This document shows positions 9,774 to 19,410 of a stretch of DNA of 64,000 bases, in pieces; within the stretch, counting starts at the first letter, position 1; each line of letters starts with the position of its first letter. The notes under the pieces are model-generated. The model was given only the letters and a program-made list of their open reading frames with translations. It searched no databases and was not told the origin of the DNA. Position numbers and translations under genes: made by a program. Source of the stretch: Myxococcota bacterium (GTDB lineage: Bacteria; Myxococcota_A; SURF-8); the NCBI GenBank assembly GCA_963674735.2, contig CAXXQS010000002.1, forward strand, positions 1,600,001 to 1,664,000, given 5' to 3'.

Positions 9774-10871
9774 ATGGAACCTTTGTGGCAGGCGATTGCG
9801 GCGCTCGTGAAAATTGCCATCATCTTCGGCTTCGGCATGACGGTGGCGGCGATTCTGACTTGGCAGGAACGCAAACAGTCGGCGGCGATTCAGGACCGCA
9901 TCGGACCCAACCGGGCGGCCATTCCGGGCATTCCCTTCAAATTCTGGGGGCTTTTGCACCTGGCCGCCGATGGCGTGAAGATGATCTTCAAAGAGGACTT
10001 CATGCCGGCCAACGCCAGTAAATTCCTTTTCCAGATCGCCCCGCTGGTGGCGGTGGTGCCGCTGATTTTGTCGATGGCGGTGATTCCTTTCGGTGGGACG
10101 GTGACCCTTTCGGGTTACGAGATTTCCCTGCAGGTGGCCAACCTCAACGCCGGAATCCTGTTCTTGTTGGCTTTCGGTTCGTTGTCGGTGTATTCGTCCG
10201 TTCTGGGTGGTTTCGCCTCCGACAACAAGTTCGGCTTGATCGGTGCGCTACGCACGTCGGCCCAGATGGTGTCGTATGAAATCGCGTTGGGGTTGACGCT
10301 GGTCGGCGTGTTCATGGTTTACCAGACGGTTATGCTGGACGAGATTGCGGCGGCCCAGGCCGGATCGTTGCTCAACTGGGGTATCGTGGCGCAGCCCTTC
10401 GGCTTTTTACTTTTCCTGGCGGCCGCCATCGCCGAAACCAAGCGGGCCCCCTTCGATCTGCCCGAGGGCGAGTCGGAAATCATCGGTTATTTTCTCGAAT
10501 ATTCGGGCCTCAAGTTCGGCCTGTTTTTCATCGGCGAATTTCTCGAAGTGGTCATTGCGGCCATGCTGATCACCACCCTCTTTTTCGGCTCCTACCATAT
10601 ACCTTGGTTGGACTGGGCGGCGGTGGAAGTGTGGTTGAACGGATTGATCGGCGGTGCCTGGTTGCCGGGACTGATTACGGCCTGTCTGATGATGGGAGTC
10701 TTCGTTGTCAAAGTCCTGTTCTTCTGCTTCTTCCAGCTGATGGTCCGGTGGACCTTGCCGCGCTTGCGCTATGACCAGTTGATGGCGTTTGGCTGGAAGC
10801 TCTTGCTGCCGCTGGCTTTGGTCAATGTGGTGCTCACGGCCCTCGTGCTCGTGATTGTCGACAGCCTCTAG
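9774..10871 (+). CDS. nuoH: NADH-quinone oxidoreductase subunit H
   Basis: QDRIGPNR, ADGVKMIFKED, RAPFDLPEGESE, RWTLPRLRYDQLM. Confidence 0.95.
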   Translation: MEPLWQAIAALVKIAIIFGFGMTVAAILTWQERKQSAAIQDRIGPNRAAIPGIPFKFWGLLHLAADGVKMIFKEDFMPANASKFLFQIAPLVAVVPLILSMAVIPFGGTVTLSGYEISLQVANLNAGILFLLAFGSLSVYSSVLGGFASDNKFGLIGALRTSAQMVSYEIALGLTLVGVFMVYQTVMLDEIAAAQAGSLLNWGIVAQPFGFLLFLAAAIAETKRAPFDLPEGESEIIGYFLEYSGLKFGLFFIGEFLEVVIAAMLITTLFFGSYHIPWLDWAAVEVWLNGLIGGAWLPGLITACLMMGVFVVKVLFFCFFQLMVRWTLPRLRYDQLMAFGWKLLLPLALVNVVLTALVLVIVDSL

Positions 10872-10890
10872 GCTGTAAAGGAGGACGCTG

Positions 10891-11493
10891 ATGCCGTTCA
10901 AATACATGGACAACAACCGGGAGCTGAATTTTTGGGAACGGCTTTATTATCCCGAGATCGCGCGTGGACTGGCGGTGACGCTGAAGCACTTCACGCGCAA
11001 CTGGGTGCGCAAGAAGGACGTCCCCACCAAGGAATATCCGGAAGAGCGCTTTCCCCTTTCCTACCGCACGCGGGGTCGGCATTACCTCACCCGCCGCAGC
11101 GACGGCCGTTTGAGCTGTGTGGCCTGCATGATGTGCGCCATGGCCTGCCCGGCCAACGTCATCAAAATCGAGATCGGCCAGCTCGACGAGCCTTACTACA
11201 CCGGTCGTCAGAAGATCGACCGCTACCCGAAGTCGTTCACCATCGACCAGTTGGCTTGCATTTACTGCGGGTTCTGCGTCGAGGCCTGCCCGGAAGATGC
11301 CATTCGCATGGATTCGGGGATCACCATGGAAGCGGTGACCGATCGCGATGAGGCAGTGGTGCTGATCGATCATCTGAGCCAAGAACCGCAGTCCGAGCAC
11401 GAAATCATCTACAATCCACTGCCCGGCAAGGAACCGGAAGCGGCTCCCTTGGAAGTCCAGGATGCGGCGCCCTTCAAACTGCGGGAATATTGA
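10891..11493 (+). CDS. nuoI: NADH-quinone oxidoreductase subunit I (2x[4Fe-4S])
   Basis: YPEE, CVACMMCAMACP and CIYCGFCVEACP. Confidence 0.92.
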   Translation: MPFKYMDNNRELNFWERLYYPEIARGLAVTLKHFTRNWVRKKDVPTKEYPEERFPLSYRTRGRHYLTRRSDGRLSCVACMMCAMACPANVIKIEIGQLDEPYYTGRQKIDRYPKSFTIDQLACIYCGFCVEACPEDAIRMDSGITMEAVTDRDEAVVLIDHLSQEPQSEHEIIYNPLPGKEPEAAPLEVQDAAPFKLREY

Positions 11494-11514
11494 TTGCTTC
11501 GACTCACTTGTTTC

Positions 11515-11537
11515 AAGGGCCTGCGGGCCCTTTTTTT
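11515..11537 (+). terminator. Intrinsic terminator after nuoI
   Basis: AAGGGCC-TGCG-GGCCCTT followed by T run. Confidence 0.8.
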
Positions 11538-11578
11538 ATGGACGGACAAGAAGACAACTTGCAGGAGACCGGAGTTAC

Positions 11579-12604
11579 ATGAAACGGATTGTTTGGATTA
11601 CGCTGTGTTTATTTGTTCCGCTGTTGGGCTGTGACGCGTCCACTCTGGTGAATCAATCCGATAGTGATGGCGATGCGATCGAATTCGAAGCCAATCCGCA
11701 GGAACAGCCGGACGGCGACCTCGCCGAAGCGGAAGAGGAGGATTTCGCCGGTCAGCTACCCGACCTGGACGGCGATGCGGAAGCGGACAAGGGCCAGCTC
11801 GACGGGGATCAGGATGATGAAAGCGGCGAGATCGATCTCGATGAGGAGAATTCCGAACAGGGCGAGTCGGACGTCCTTGAAGAAGATGGCAACGAAACGG
11901 ATGCCGAAGCGGAGACGCCGGTTCTGAGCGACTGCGAGCGGATGGGCGGATCTTGTGCGATGAATGGCTGTCCAGACCCGACGGAGGAAGCGGCTTCGGC
12001 TTTGGGCTGTGCCGGTGTCTGTTGTCTGGATCCGGAAACGCTTCCCTGCGTTCAGGCTGGGGGCTACTGCCAGACGGTCGATTGGGAAACCCCGCTGTCG
12101 TATTCTTGCGATGCCTCACATTATCCTGCCGAAAGTTCGCAGGGCTGCGAGCAATTCCGGGAATGGTGTTGTGCGCCCTTGGATGCCTCTTGCGTGGCGG
12201 AGGGGCAAATGGGCAGTACACTCGATGCCGAGACGACTAACGACGCATGCTGCGACGGACTGACCCTCATCCAAGCCCAATATCCCGCGAATACCGGTGG
12301 CTGCGAATCGGGCGAAGAGGGGAGCTTTTTGTGCACTCAGTGCGGTAACGATCGTTGCGACCGCTTCGAAAACGAGTGCAATTGCAGCGCCGATTGCGCC
12401 GGTGCCGGAGCCTGCACCCTCGACGGTCAGGATTGTCCGGCGACCACCTGCCGCAACCGGGACAGCCTATGGCCCTGGATCGACAACGAATGCGTGCAGC
12501 TTACATACACCTGTGATGCACAAAGCCACTATTGCCTGCGGACCGAATCCAGCTACCCTGGTCAGACCTGCAATCTGAGCACCGGATTGTGCCAGGAACG
12601 TTAA
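11579..12604 (+). CDS. Cys-rich lipoprotein with acidic DGD linker
   Basis: Lipobox LLGC; D/E-rich linker; repeated C...GGxC...GC...CC modules. Confidence 0.75.
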   Translation: MKRIVWITLCLFVPLLGCDASTLVNQSDSDGDAIEFEANPQEQPDGDLAEAEEEDFAGQLPDLDGDAEADKGQLDGDQDDESGEIDLDEENSEQGESDVLEEDGNETDAEAETPVLSDCERMGGSCAMNGCPDPTEEAASALGCAGVCCLDPETLPCVQAGGYCQTVDWETPLSYSCDASHYPAESSQGCEQFREWCCAPLDASCVAEGQMGSTLDAETTNDACCDGLTLIQAQYPANTGGCESGEEGSFLCTQCGNDRCDRFENECNCSADCAGAGACTLDGQDCPATTCRNRDSLWPWIDNECVQLTYTCDAQSHYCLRTESSYPGQTCNLSTGLCQER

Positions 12605-12738
12605 CGCCGTGATGTGTTTAGGGCGTGTTAAATCCCGATCAATTGTGTGTATTCGGGAGCGGATCCTTGCCCCGGCGACTCAGAGACGCTAAGATCGGGT
12701 ATGACGCATTACGCGAACCCGGTAACGGTCGACGAGGA

Positions 12739-13539
12739 ATGATGACGATCAGCCATGTGCAGCCCGACGCGCCCCATGCCGCAGAATTGGTGGATGTGGT
12801 GAAGCGCTTTCCACGCCCGGTGTCGTTTCGTGACTTGGCCTGTTTCAAGAAACGACAAGTGACGGACGTGCTCAACGGACTGAATCTGACGCTTGAATAT
12901 GGCGAGATTCTCGGTCTGGTGGGACTCAATGGGTCTGGAAAAAGCACGCTTATTCGTCTGATGGCCGGGCTGCTTGTCCCCGATGCCGGGTCGTTATCGG
13001 TGCTCGGCCACCGGCCCACGAATCATGCGGCGGATATCGGTCATGGCGGTGACGTAGGCCTGGTGCTACCCAACGAGCGGAGCTTTTTCTGGCGGCTCAG
13101 TGTGGCGCGCAACCTACGTTTTTTCGCCATGCTCAACGACTTCGATCCCCGGCAAGCGGATGCGTGTGTCGCCGACATGCTGGAAAAAGTCGGCTTGTCC
13201 GACAAGGCCGACACGACCTTCCGCGAATTGTCCGACGGCATGAAACAGCGTGTGGCGCTGGCTCGTGGGCTGCTCACCGATCCGCGCCTACTGTTGGTGG
13301 ACGAAGCCACCCGCAGCCTCGATCCCGCCTGGCAGGAACGGGTTCGCAACCTGTTGCGGGCGCAGGCCGACAAGCCGCGTTCGGCGGTGCTTTTGGTGAG
13401 TCACAACCTGGATGAAATTCTGGCCGTGTCGGATCGGGTGGCTCTTTTGGAACAGGGTCGCATCGTTCGTATCGGGCGGCCCGCCGACATCGGTACCGAC
13501 TTGCGCGTCCATCTCAAGAGCGGCGAGGTGGCGGCATGA
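12739..13539 (+). CDS. ABC exporter ATP-binding protein
   Basis: Walker A GLNGSGKST, signature LSDGMKQR, Walker B LLLVDE, H-loop VSH. Confidence 0.9.
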   Translation: MMTISHVQPDAPHAAELVDVVKRFPRPVSFRDLACFKKRQVTDVLNGLNLTLEYGEILGLVGLNGSGKSTLIRLMAGLLVPDAGSLSVLGHRPTNHAADIGHGGDVGLVLPNERSFFWRLSVARNLRFFAMLNDFDPRQADACVADMLEKVGLSDKADTTFRELSDGMKQRVALARGLLTDPRLLLVDEATRSLDPAWQERVRNLLRAQADKPRSAVLLVSHNLDEILAVSDRVALLEQGRIVRIGRPADIGTDLRVHLKSGEVAA

Positions 13540-14372
13540 CGCTTCTTCCTGCGCGCGCCCGCCGTTTCGTCGGCAAGGCCTGGGCGTTTATCGTCCGCGA
13601 TTTTTTCGACGAAGCCAGCTACAAATTCTACTTTTTCTTCACCCTTTTCGGTGTGGCGGCGGCGGTGATCGTGTTTTACTTTCTCTCGCGTGTGATCCCC
13701 GACCGCGCCGCCCCGGCGCTCGATCCTTACGGCGGGCGCTACTTCCCGTTTGTGTTGGTGGGTTTCGCTTTCGCCCATTATCTCGATCTGGCGCTCAACG
13801 GAATGGGACGCAAGATCCGCGAGTCGCAGATTTTGGGGACGCTGGAAGCGCTGCTGGTCACACGCACTCCCGCCTGGCAGGTGCTGCTCTTTTCGGTTCT
13901 GTATCCCTTCCTGTTTACCAGTTCGGTGGTGGCGGCCTACCTGTTGTTGGGCTGGGCTTTCTTCGGCCTGGATTTATCGCAGGCGGCCTGGGGCTCGGCG
14001 CTGGCGTATTTCATCCTGACGGGGGCCTCCCTGGCGCCTTTCGGGATTTTATCGGCGGCGGCGATTCTGGTGTTGAAACGCGGTGATCCGGTGGCGTTCG
14101 CCATCTCGGGTTTCAGTTACCTGTTGGCGGGCGTTTTCTACCCGGTAGAGGTCTTGCCCGGCTGGTTGCAGACGATTGCCCAGGCTTTTCCACTCACTCA
14201 TGGACTCGAAGGTATGCGGCAGTCGTTACTGAAAGGGTTGGGTGTATTTGACGCACCGCAGGGGGCGTTGTTGCTGATCGGTTTCGCGGTTGCCCTGTTG
14301 CCGCTGTCGTTGTGGGTCTTTACGCGGGCGTTGGCTTATTCGCGCCGAACCGGCGGGCTCAGTCATTATTGA
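13536..14372 (+). CDS. ABC-2 type permease
   Basis: Multiple TM helices, GTLEALL, GVFYPVEVLPGWLQ; ATGA overlap with ATPase. Confidence 0.88.
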   Translation: MTLLPARARRFVGKAWAFIVRDFFDEASYKFYFFFTLFGVAAAVIVFYFLSRVIPDRAAPALDPYGGRYFPFVLVGFAFAHYLDLALNGMGRKIRESQILGTLEALLVTRTPAWQVLLFSVLYPFLFTSSVVAAYLLLGWAFFGLDLSQAAWGSALAYFILTGASLAPFGILSAAAILVLKRGDPVAFAISGFSYLLAGVFYPVEVLPGWLQTIAQAFPLTHGLEGMRQSLLKGLGVFDAPQGALLLIGFAVALLPLSLWVFTRALAYSRRTGGLSHY

Positions 14373-14459
14373 ATGACGCAGCTTGACAAAAACAGGGAGG
14401 CGGGGCTACAAACGAAGAGGTCAAGAAGCGAACCAAGGGTCAAGCTATAAGGGACGCGC

Positions 14460-16553
14460 ATGCAGAATTTTTTCTATCCCGAATCCATCGCCGTTGTCGG
14501 CGTCAGCCAAGCGGCCACGAACCTGGCCAGCCGCATTCTCTATAATCTGAAACGTTTCGGCTATTTCGGTGAGGTTTATGCCGTTGGGACACGCGATGCT
14601 GAGGTGGAGGGGTATACCGTTTATCGCTCCGTTTTGGATATCGATTCCACGATCGATTTGGCTATTTTGCTGGTGCCGGCGGTTCAGGTGCCCAAAGTGG
14701 TGGATGAATGCGGACAAAAAGGCATCAAGAATGTCATCGTCGAATCCGGCGGGTTCCGTGAATTTCAGGGGAGCGATTCCGATAACGAACGGCAGATGAT
14801 GGAAATGGTGCGCAAGCACGGAATCCGTCTGGTGGGTCCCAACTGCACCGGCGTCATCAATGTCGAAAACGGACTGTGCACCTCGTTTGCGCGCAACATC
14901 ATTCCCTTTCATGAAGGGGGCGTTTCGGTGTTGAGCCAGTCGGGCGGGGTGGGGCACAGCTATGTGCTCGATCTCACCTCCGAATGGGTAGGGCTCAACA
15001 AATTCATCAGCTATGGAAACGGCCTCGATATCGACGAAGTGGACATCATCGATTACCTCGATCAGGATCCGGGAACGACCGTTATCTCGGCCTACCTGGA
15101 AGGCATTACCCGCGGGCGCGACTTTCTGCGCGTCGTTTCGCGTTCCAAAAAACCGGTGGTGATGTTGAAAAGCAACACCCAGCCCAGCAGCCATACCATC
15201 GCGACCAGCCATTCGGCGGCGGTCAAGGGCGATGAAGACGTGTTGAACGCGGCGTTCCGCCAAGTGGGAGTGTTGCGCGTGTCCAACACCTTGGAATGGC
15301 TCAACGTTTCGAAACTGCTTACCTTGCCGTTGATGCGGGGCAACCGTCTTGCGATTTTGTCCCGTTCGGGCGGACACGCCGTGTTGGCGGCGGACGCGGC
15401 GGCCAAGTTGGGCTTCGAAGTTCCGGCTTTCCCGCAACGCTTTTTCGAAGCCTGCCGACAGTATTTCGAGCGCAGCGTAATCAAACTGCAAAATCCGCTC
15501 GATCTGGGACAGATTGTCTACCATCCGATTCTGACGCACATTTTGGAAGAAACGCTCAAACTGGATGAATTCGACGGCGTGCTGCTGATTCACTCCTACG
15601 ACGCCAGCCGTTCGAATGAACCGCACCAGTTCATCAGTCAGATTCAACCGTTGATCCACAAATACCAGAAGCCGGTTAGTACGATCCTCTTTACCGGCCG
15701 CGACGAGCGCCAGTACGTGCGGGAAACCTACCGCCTGCCTTTGTTCCGCACGCCTTTCCACGGCGTGCAGGCCTTATCTTACAGCCGCGATGCGGTCCGC
15801 GCGGCGGAGCGTCGGCGGCCCTTCGAAGTGGACGAGACGCCCTCTCGGGCGGCGGCCGGCCAGGAAGTGCTGGCGCAGGCGATTGCCGAAAAACGGAACC
15901 CCACTTTACCGGAGGCGCTGGCGCTGTTGCGCTCCTACGGAGTGCCGGTGGTGGAGCATTGTACGGTTTCCAGCCGTGATGAAGCCCTTGAAAAGGTGGA
16001 GTCGGTGGGGTATCCCATTGCGCTCAAGATCGATCATCCCATCGCCACGCATAAATCGGTCGTGGGCGGGATCCAACTCAACCTGCTCGACGATTACGGC
16101 CTGATCACGGGCTGGGACAAAATCGATGAGTCGGTGAAGGAAGCCGGTATCCAAGACGGCATGACCCGGGGCGTCATTCAGAAAATGGCCAAGCCGGGTT
16201 GGGAGATGGTCATCGGTGCGCGCCGCGATCCCAGTTTCGGACCGGTCGTCGTGGCCGGATCGGGAGGCGTTATGGCGGGGGTGGTCAATGATGTGGCCGG
16301 TCGCGTCGCCCCGCTGTCGGAGGACGACGCCTGCGACCTGCTGGTCGAGACCAAAGCCTATCAGGCGCTTACCCGCTATCACGGGCAGCGTGCGGTGGAC
16401 ACCGATTCGTTGGTCCAGTTGATCATGACCGTCGGGCGTATCATCGTGGATATCGATGCCATCGAAGACATCGACCTCAACCCGGTGTTCGTGCATCCGA
16501 ACGTGGCGGGGCTTACCGTCGTCGATGCCAAGATCACGCTGCGCCACGCATGA
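14460..16553 (+). CDS. Acetate/acyl-CoA ligase (ADP-forming), alpha-beta fusion
   Basis: PESIAVVG, GPNCTG, SQSGG, TSHSAA phospho-His segment, NPLDL, ATP-grasp HKSVVGG and DLNP. Confidence 0.88.
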   Translation: MQNFFYPESIAVVGVSQAATNLASRILYNLKRFGYFGEVYAVGTRDAEVEGYTVYRSVLDIDSTIDLAILLVPAVQVPKVVDECGQKGIKNVIVESGGFREFQGSDSDNERQMMEMVRKHGIRLVGPNCTGVINVENGLCTSFARNIIPFHEGGVSVLSQSGGVGHSYVLDLTSEWVGLNKFISYGNGLDIDEVDIIDYLDQDPGTTVISAYLEGITRGRDFLRVVSRSKKPVVMLKSNTQPSSHTIATSHSAAVKGDEDVLNAAFRQVGVLRVSNTLEWLNVSKLLTLPLMRGNRLAILSRSGGHAVLAADAAAKLGFEVPAFPQRFFEACRQYFERSVIKLQNPLDLGQIVYHPILTHILEETLKLDEFDGVLLIHSYDASRSNEPHQFISQIQPLIHKYQKPVSTILFTGRDERQYVRETYRLPLFRTPFHGVQALSYSRDAVRAAERRRPFEVDETPSRAAAGQEVLAQAIAEKRNPTLPEALALLRSYGVPVVEHCTVSSRDEALEKVESVGYPIALKIDHPIATHKSVVGGIQLNLLDDYGLITGWDKIDESVKEAGIQDGMTRGVIQKMAKPGWEMVIGARRDPSFGPVVVAGSGGVMAGVVNDVAGRVAPLSEDDACDLLVETKAYQALTRYHGQRAVDTDSLVQLIMTVGRIIVDIDAIEDIDLNPVFVHPNVAGLTVVDAKITLRHA

Positions 16554-16645
16554 CATGGAGCCGCCGGGCGTTTGTTCCGCAAGCGGCGTTTAGGCTTTCC
16601 GCTCATCCGTTTTCGAATCAATAAAAGTGATTGTTTGGGTGTGTT

Positions 16646-17110
16646 TCAGCGCTGGGTGGCTTGCTGCTTGAGTGCATTGAGGGCCTCGACCCAGCGCGGG
16701 AGTTCGGGGACATACCAGGCCAGGCTGTCTTCCCGACCGTTTTCATCATCGAACACAACTTTCAGGAGTGGTTTGAGGATGCTGCGGCCTTTGAACGATC
16801 GGGGTGTTTCGATGTCGCGAATGTGCGTAACCGGGATGGTGTAGGTGAACTTCCCGGCAAGCATGCGGAAATAAAGCTCGGTGCGGGTGAGTGCCAAGAT
16901 ACCGTTGCCGCGCAATTGGACAAGGCCTCTCGACTGTTGGCCGAAGAAGTTGGCGCGGTCGGTCACGCCCAGCAGCTCCCGACCGTCGAAATGCGCCAGC
17001 ACCTCCGCCGCACGTCGGGTTTTCAACCGGTGGTACAGAAACGGAGTGACGATCACCGGCGTCAGCAACAGCAGAATGATCGCCACGACTCCAAACGATA
17101 GGTGTTCCAT
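16646..17110 (-). CDS. Hypothetical protein with N-terminal TM anchor
   Basis: Hydrophobic N-terminus; RGNGILALT segment; 10 bp downstream of MTH1187 gene. Confidence 0.6.
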   Translation of the reverse strand: MEHLSFGVVAIILLLLTPVIVTPFLYHRLKTRRAAEVLAHFDGRELLGVTDRANFFGQQSRGLVQLRGNGILALTRTELYFRMLAGKFTYTIPVTHIRDIETPRSFKGRSILKPLLKVVFDDENGREDSLAWYVPELPRWVEALNALKQQATQR

Positions 17111-17120
17111 CGGATCGACC

Positions 17121-17432
17121 TTATTCGGTTTTCAGGGTTTCGCCGAGGGCGGCTTCGACCGAAGATATTTTGCCCGATAAGCGTTGGGAGAAGCCTCTGC
17201 GGTCGTCGATTTTAATTGATGTGCTGACCCGTTCGGATTGGGACGCCATGTTGAGATGGACTTGTTTGATCAGCTCGAACACGGCTTCGCTGTCGCCTTC
17301 GACAAGGGTGCCCATGGCCGTCAGGCGGTAATCCAAGCCGGATTCCTTGACGATCTTCAAAGACTGCGCCACGTATTTCGAAAAGCCTTCCTGTGTTTTG
17401 TCGATAGGCGTAACCGAAAATTCTGCCAGCAT
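17121..17432 (-). CDS. MTH1187/YkoF-family thiamine-binding protein
   Basis: EFSVTP, SKYVA, LTAMGTLVEG, RVSTSIKIDDR; GGAGG RBS. Confidence 0.88.
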   Translation of the reverse strand: MLAEFSVTPIDKTQEGFSKYVAQSLKIVKESGLDYRLTAMGTLVEGDSEAVFELIKQVHLNMASQSERVSTSIKIDDRRGFSQRLSGKISSVEAALGETLKTE

Positions 17433-17502
17433 GTCGGCCTCCGTTCGCTTGAGAGCTTGCTCTCATCATAACAGTTTCGTCGTAACCGGCAAGCCCGGAA
17501 CG

Positions 17503-17531
17503 AAAAATCCCCTTCCGGGTGGGAAGGGGAT
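17503..17531 (-). terminator. Intrinsic terminator
   Basis: ATCCCCTTCC...GGAAGGGGAT stem with T run on minus strand, downstream of stop at 17560. Confidence 0.75.
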
Positions 17532-17559
17532 CGTCGGTTCAGTAGGTTGAATAGGCGGG

Positions 17560-19290
17560 TCAGGGTGTGGCTTCGGCCCAAACGGACAGCGCCCGCACGG
17601 TTTCGTCGGCCGTGGCCGATTCCAAAACATCGGCGAAGCCATCGGGTACCGGGAAGATCATTTCCACGTTGCGCGCGATCGAAACACCGGGTCCGCCTTC
17701 GCCCCATCCGGCCTGAACGTCGATCAGCGACAGACGACGGCCTTCGTAGGATAGCGAATCGGGTGTTCCCTGGTGGTCGGTTACGATCGTGAAAACCGAC
17801 AGCGTGCCGTTGCCGTTATCCACGATTTCGTAAAGACGGAATTGTTGGGGCCAATCGAGCAGCGAGGACGCCTGGATCTCGAAATACCCCCCCGTGCCGC
17901 CGTCCGCGACGTGCGCATCGAGGGTGTTTTCGTGGCTGTGACCGATGCAATGAATCAGGACGTTGGGATAGCTCGACAGGGTGTCGGTCAGTTCGGCAGT
18001 CGTGATGAAGCGGTCTGGGAAACCGTCGTCCTGGAGTTTCCAGCTCGGATGGTGGCCCACCACGACGACGAATTTTTTGTCGGATAGCGCGCGGTCGAGT
18101 TCGGGGACCAGGAAGCTATCGTGCTGCACGATGTCGATGACCGGATCGACGTAAGTGAAGGACTGTCCCTCGAAGCCTTCGGGACGATAGGCGGTGTCGA
18201 GGACGATGAAGCGCACCAGCTCGGAGGCATCGTAGGTGTAATAACCCTGGTCGTTGTCGACGTTGTCCTGGTCAAAGCCGTGTTCGCCGTTATCGACGAC
18301 CGCTTGCATGAATTCGTCGTGATAAAGCGGTTCACGGTTTTCATCGGCGGGGATGGTTCCGTTGATGACTTCGAAGGTCGCACCGTCGCGGGTGCCGCCA
18401 TTGGTGGCGTCGCTGATGCCGGAAGCCTTATTGTTTTCGCTGACCGGACTGTTGCCGAGGATGAGTTCATCGTGGTTACCCATGGCTATAATCCAGGGGA
18501 AATCCAGACCTTCGGCGGTGAAAGAGTCCTGTGGATCGTTGCCGGGACCCTCGATGGGATCGTCGTCCAGGCCCGAATCGGGGTCGACGGTTCCGCCGTT
18601 CAAGACGCCCATGAAATTGCTTAACTCGTTGAACTGGGCGTTATCGGTGCTGTCACCACTGAAAACGGCCAGATCGATCGCGGCGGCGGCGTGGAGGCGA
18701 TTCATGGTATGCACGGTCGCATCCAGGATGAGCTCGGAGTACATATCCATGGGACGCAGGGCCGACGGAATGGCCGGGGTATCGAAGCTGCCCAGACGGT
18801 TGGGCGATTCTTCGTCGGTGATGTGCACATCGCTTAGATGCGCCCAACTGAACAGCGACCGGCGTTCGCCGGGTTCGCCGCGCAAGACCCCCAGTCCTTC
18901 GTTGAGAGTGACGCTTTCGCCTTCGAGTTCTTCCATCTCGCCCATCCCGGCGTTATGGAATGCCTCCATCAACGGGTAGGCCGTAGCCGGGTTTTGGCAA
19001 TAATCTTCATCTTCGGCGTCGACGCATTCCCCGCCGTTCTCGTCGAGTGTCGGCGTGAGGCGGACACTCAATGTCGTGGTTACGGGCGGCTCCGGCTCGT
19101 CGCCGTCGGGTTCGTCGCCGTCGGGCTCGTCGCCGTCTGGGGTGTCGCCGTCGGGCGTGTCGCCGTCGGGGGTGTCGCCATCGGGCGTGTCGCCATCGGG
19201 CGAGCCGGTATCATCCGAGCCACCGCAGGCGACCAGAAGAGAAAAAGCCAGCAACATCAAAACCATGAAACGGAGTGAATGGGTATACAT
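17560..19290 (-). CDS. Secreted metallophosphoesterase lipoprotein (calcineurin-like)
   Basis: Lipobox LVAC; SDVHITDEESP, SGDSTDNAQ, GNHD, GHHP, GHSH motifs. Confidence 0.85.
   Translation of the reverse strand: MYTHSLRFMVLMLLAFSLLVACGGSDDTGSPDGDTPDGDTPDGDTPDGDTPDGDEPDGDEPDGDEPEPPVTTTLSVRLTPTLDENGGECVDAEDEDYCQNPATAYPLMEAFHNAGMGEMEELEGESVTLNEGLGVLRGEPGERRSLFSWAHLSDVHITDEESPNRLGSFDTPAIPSALRPMDMYSELILDATVHTMNRLHAAAAIDLAVFSGDSTDNAQFNELSNFMGVLNGGTVDPDSGLDDDPIEGPGNDPQDSFTAEGLDFPWIIAMGNHDELILGNSPVSENNKASGISDATNGGTRDGATFEVINGTIPADENREPLYHDEFMQAVVDNGEHGFDQDNVDNDQGYYTYDASELVRFIVLDTAYRPEGFEGQSFTYVDPVIDIVQHDSFLVPELDRALSDKKFVVVVGHHPSWKLQDDGFPDRFITTAELTDTLSSYPNVLIHCIGHSHENTLDAHVADGGTGGYFEIQASSLLDWPQQFRLYEIVDNGNGTLSVFTIVTDHQGTPDSLSYEGRRLSLIDVQAGWGEGGPGVSIARNVEMIFPVPDGFADVLESATADETVRALSVWAEATP
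19096..19200 (-). repeat. 7 x 15-bp coding tandem repeat (PDGDT x4, PDGDE x3)
   Basis: Seen directly in DNA and translation. Confidence 0.95.
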
Positions 19291-19410
19291 CGAACGACTC
19301 CTTGAATCTGGATACCAAACGAGACCGGACCCGTGGTCGGGTGGGAAATGTTAGAAATAAGTTAGCGAATGGTGAGTAGTTTGTAAAGGTTTTCTTGCAG
19401 GTCAGATAAT

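Noticed and set aside
19096-19200. Possible CRISPR array
   Set aside because: Contiguous 15-bp in-frame units with no spacers; no cas genes in the window
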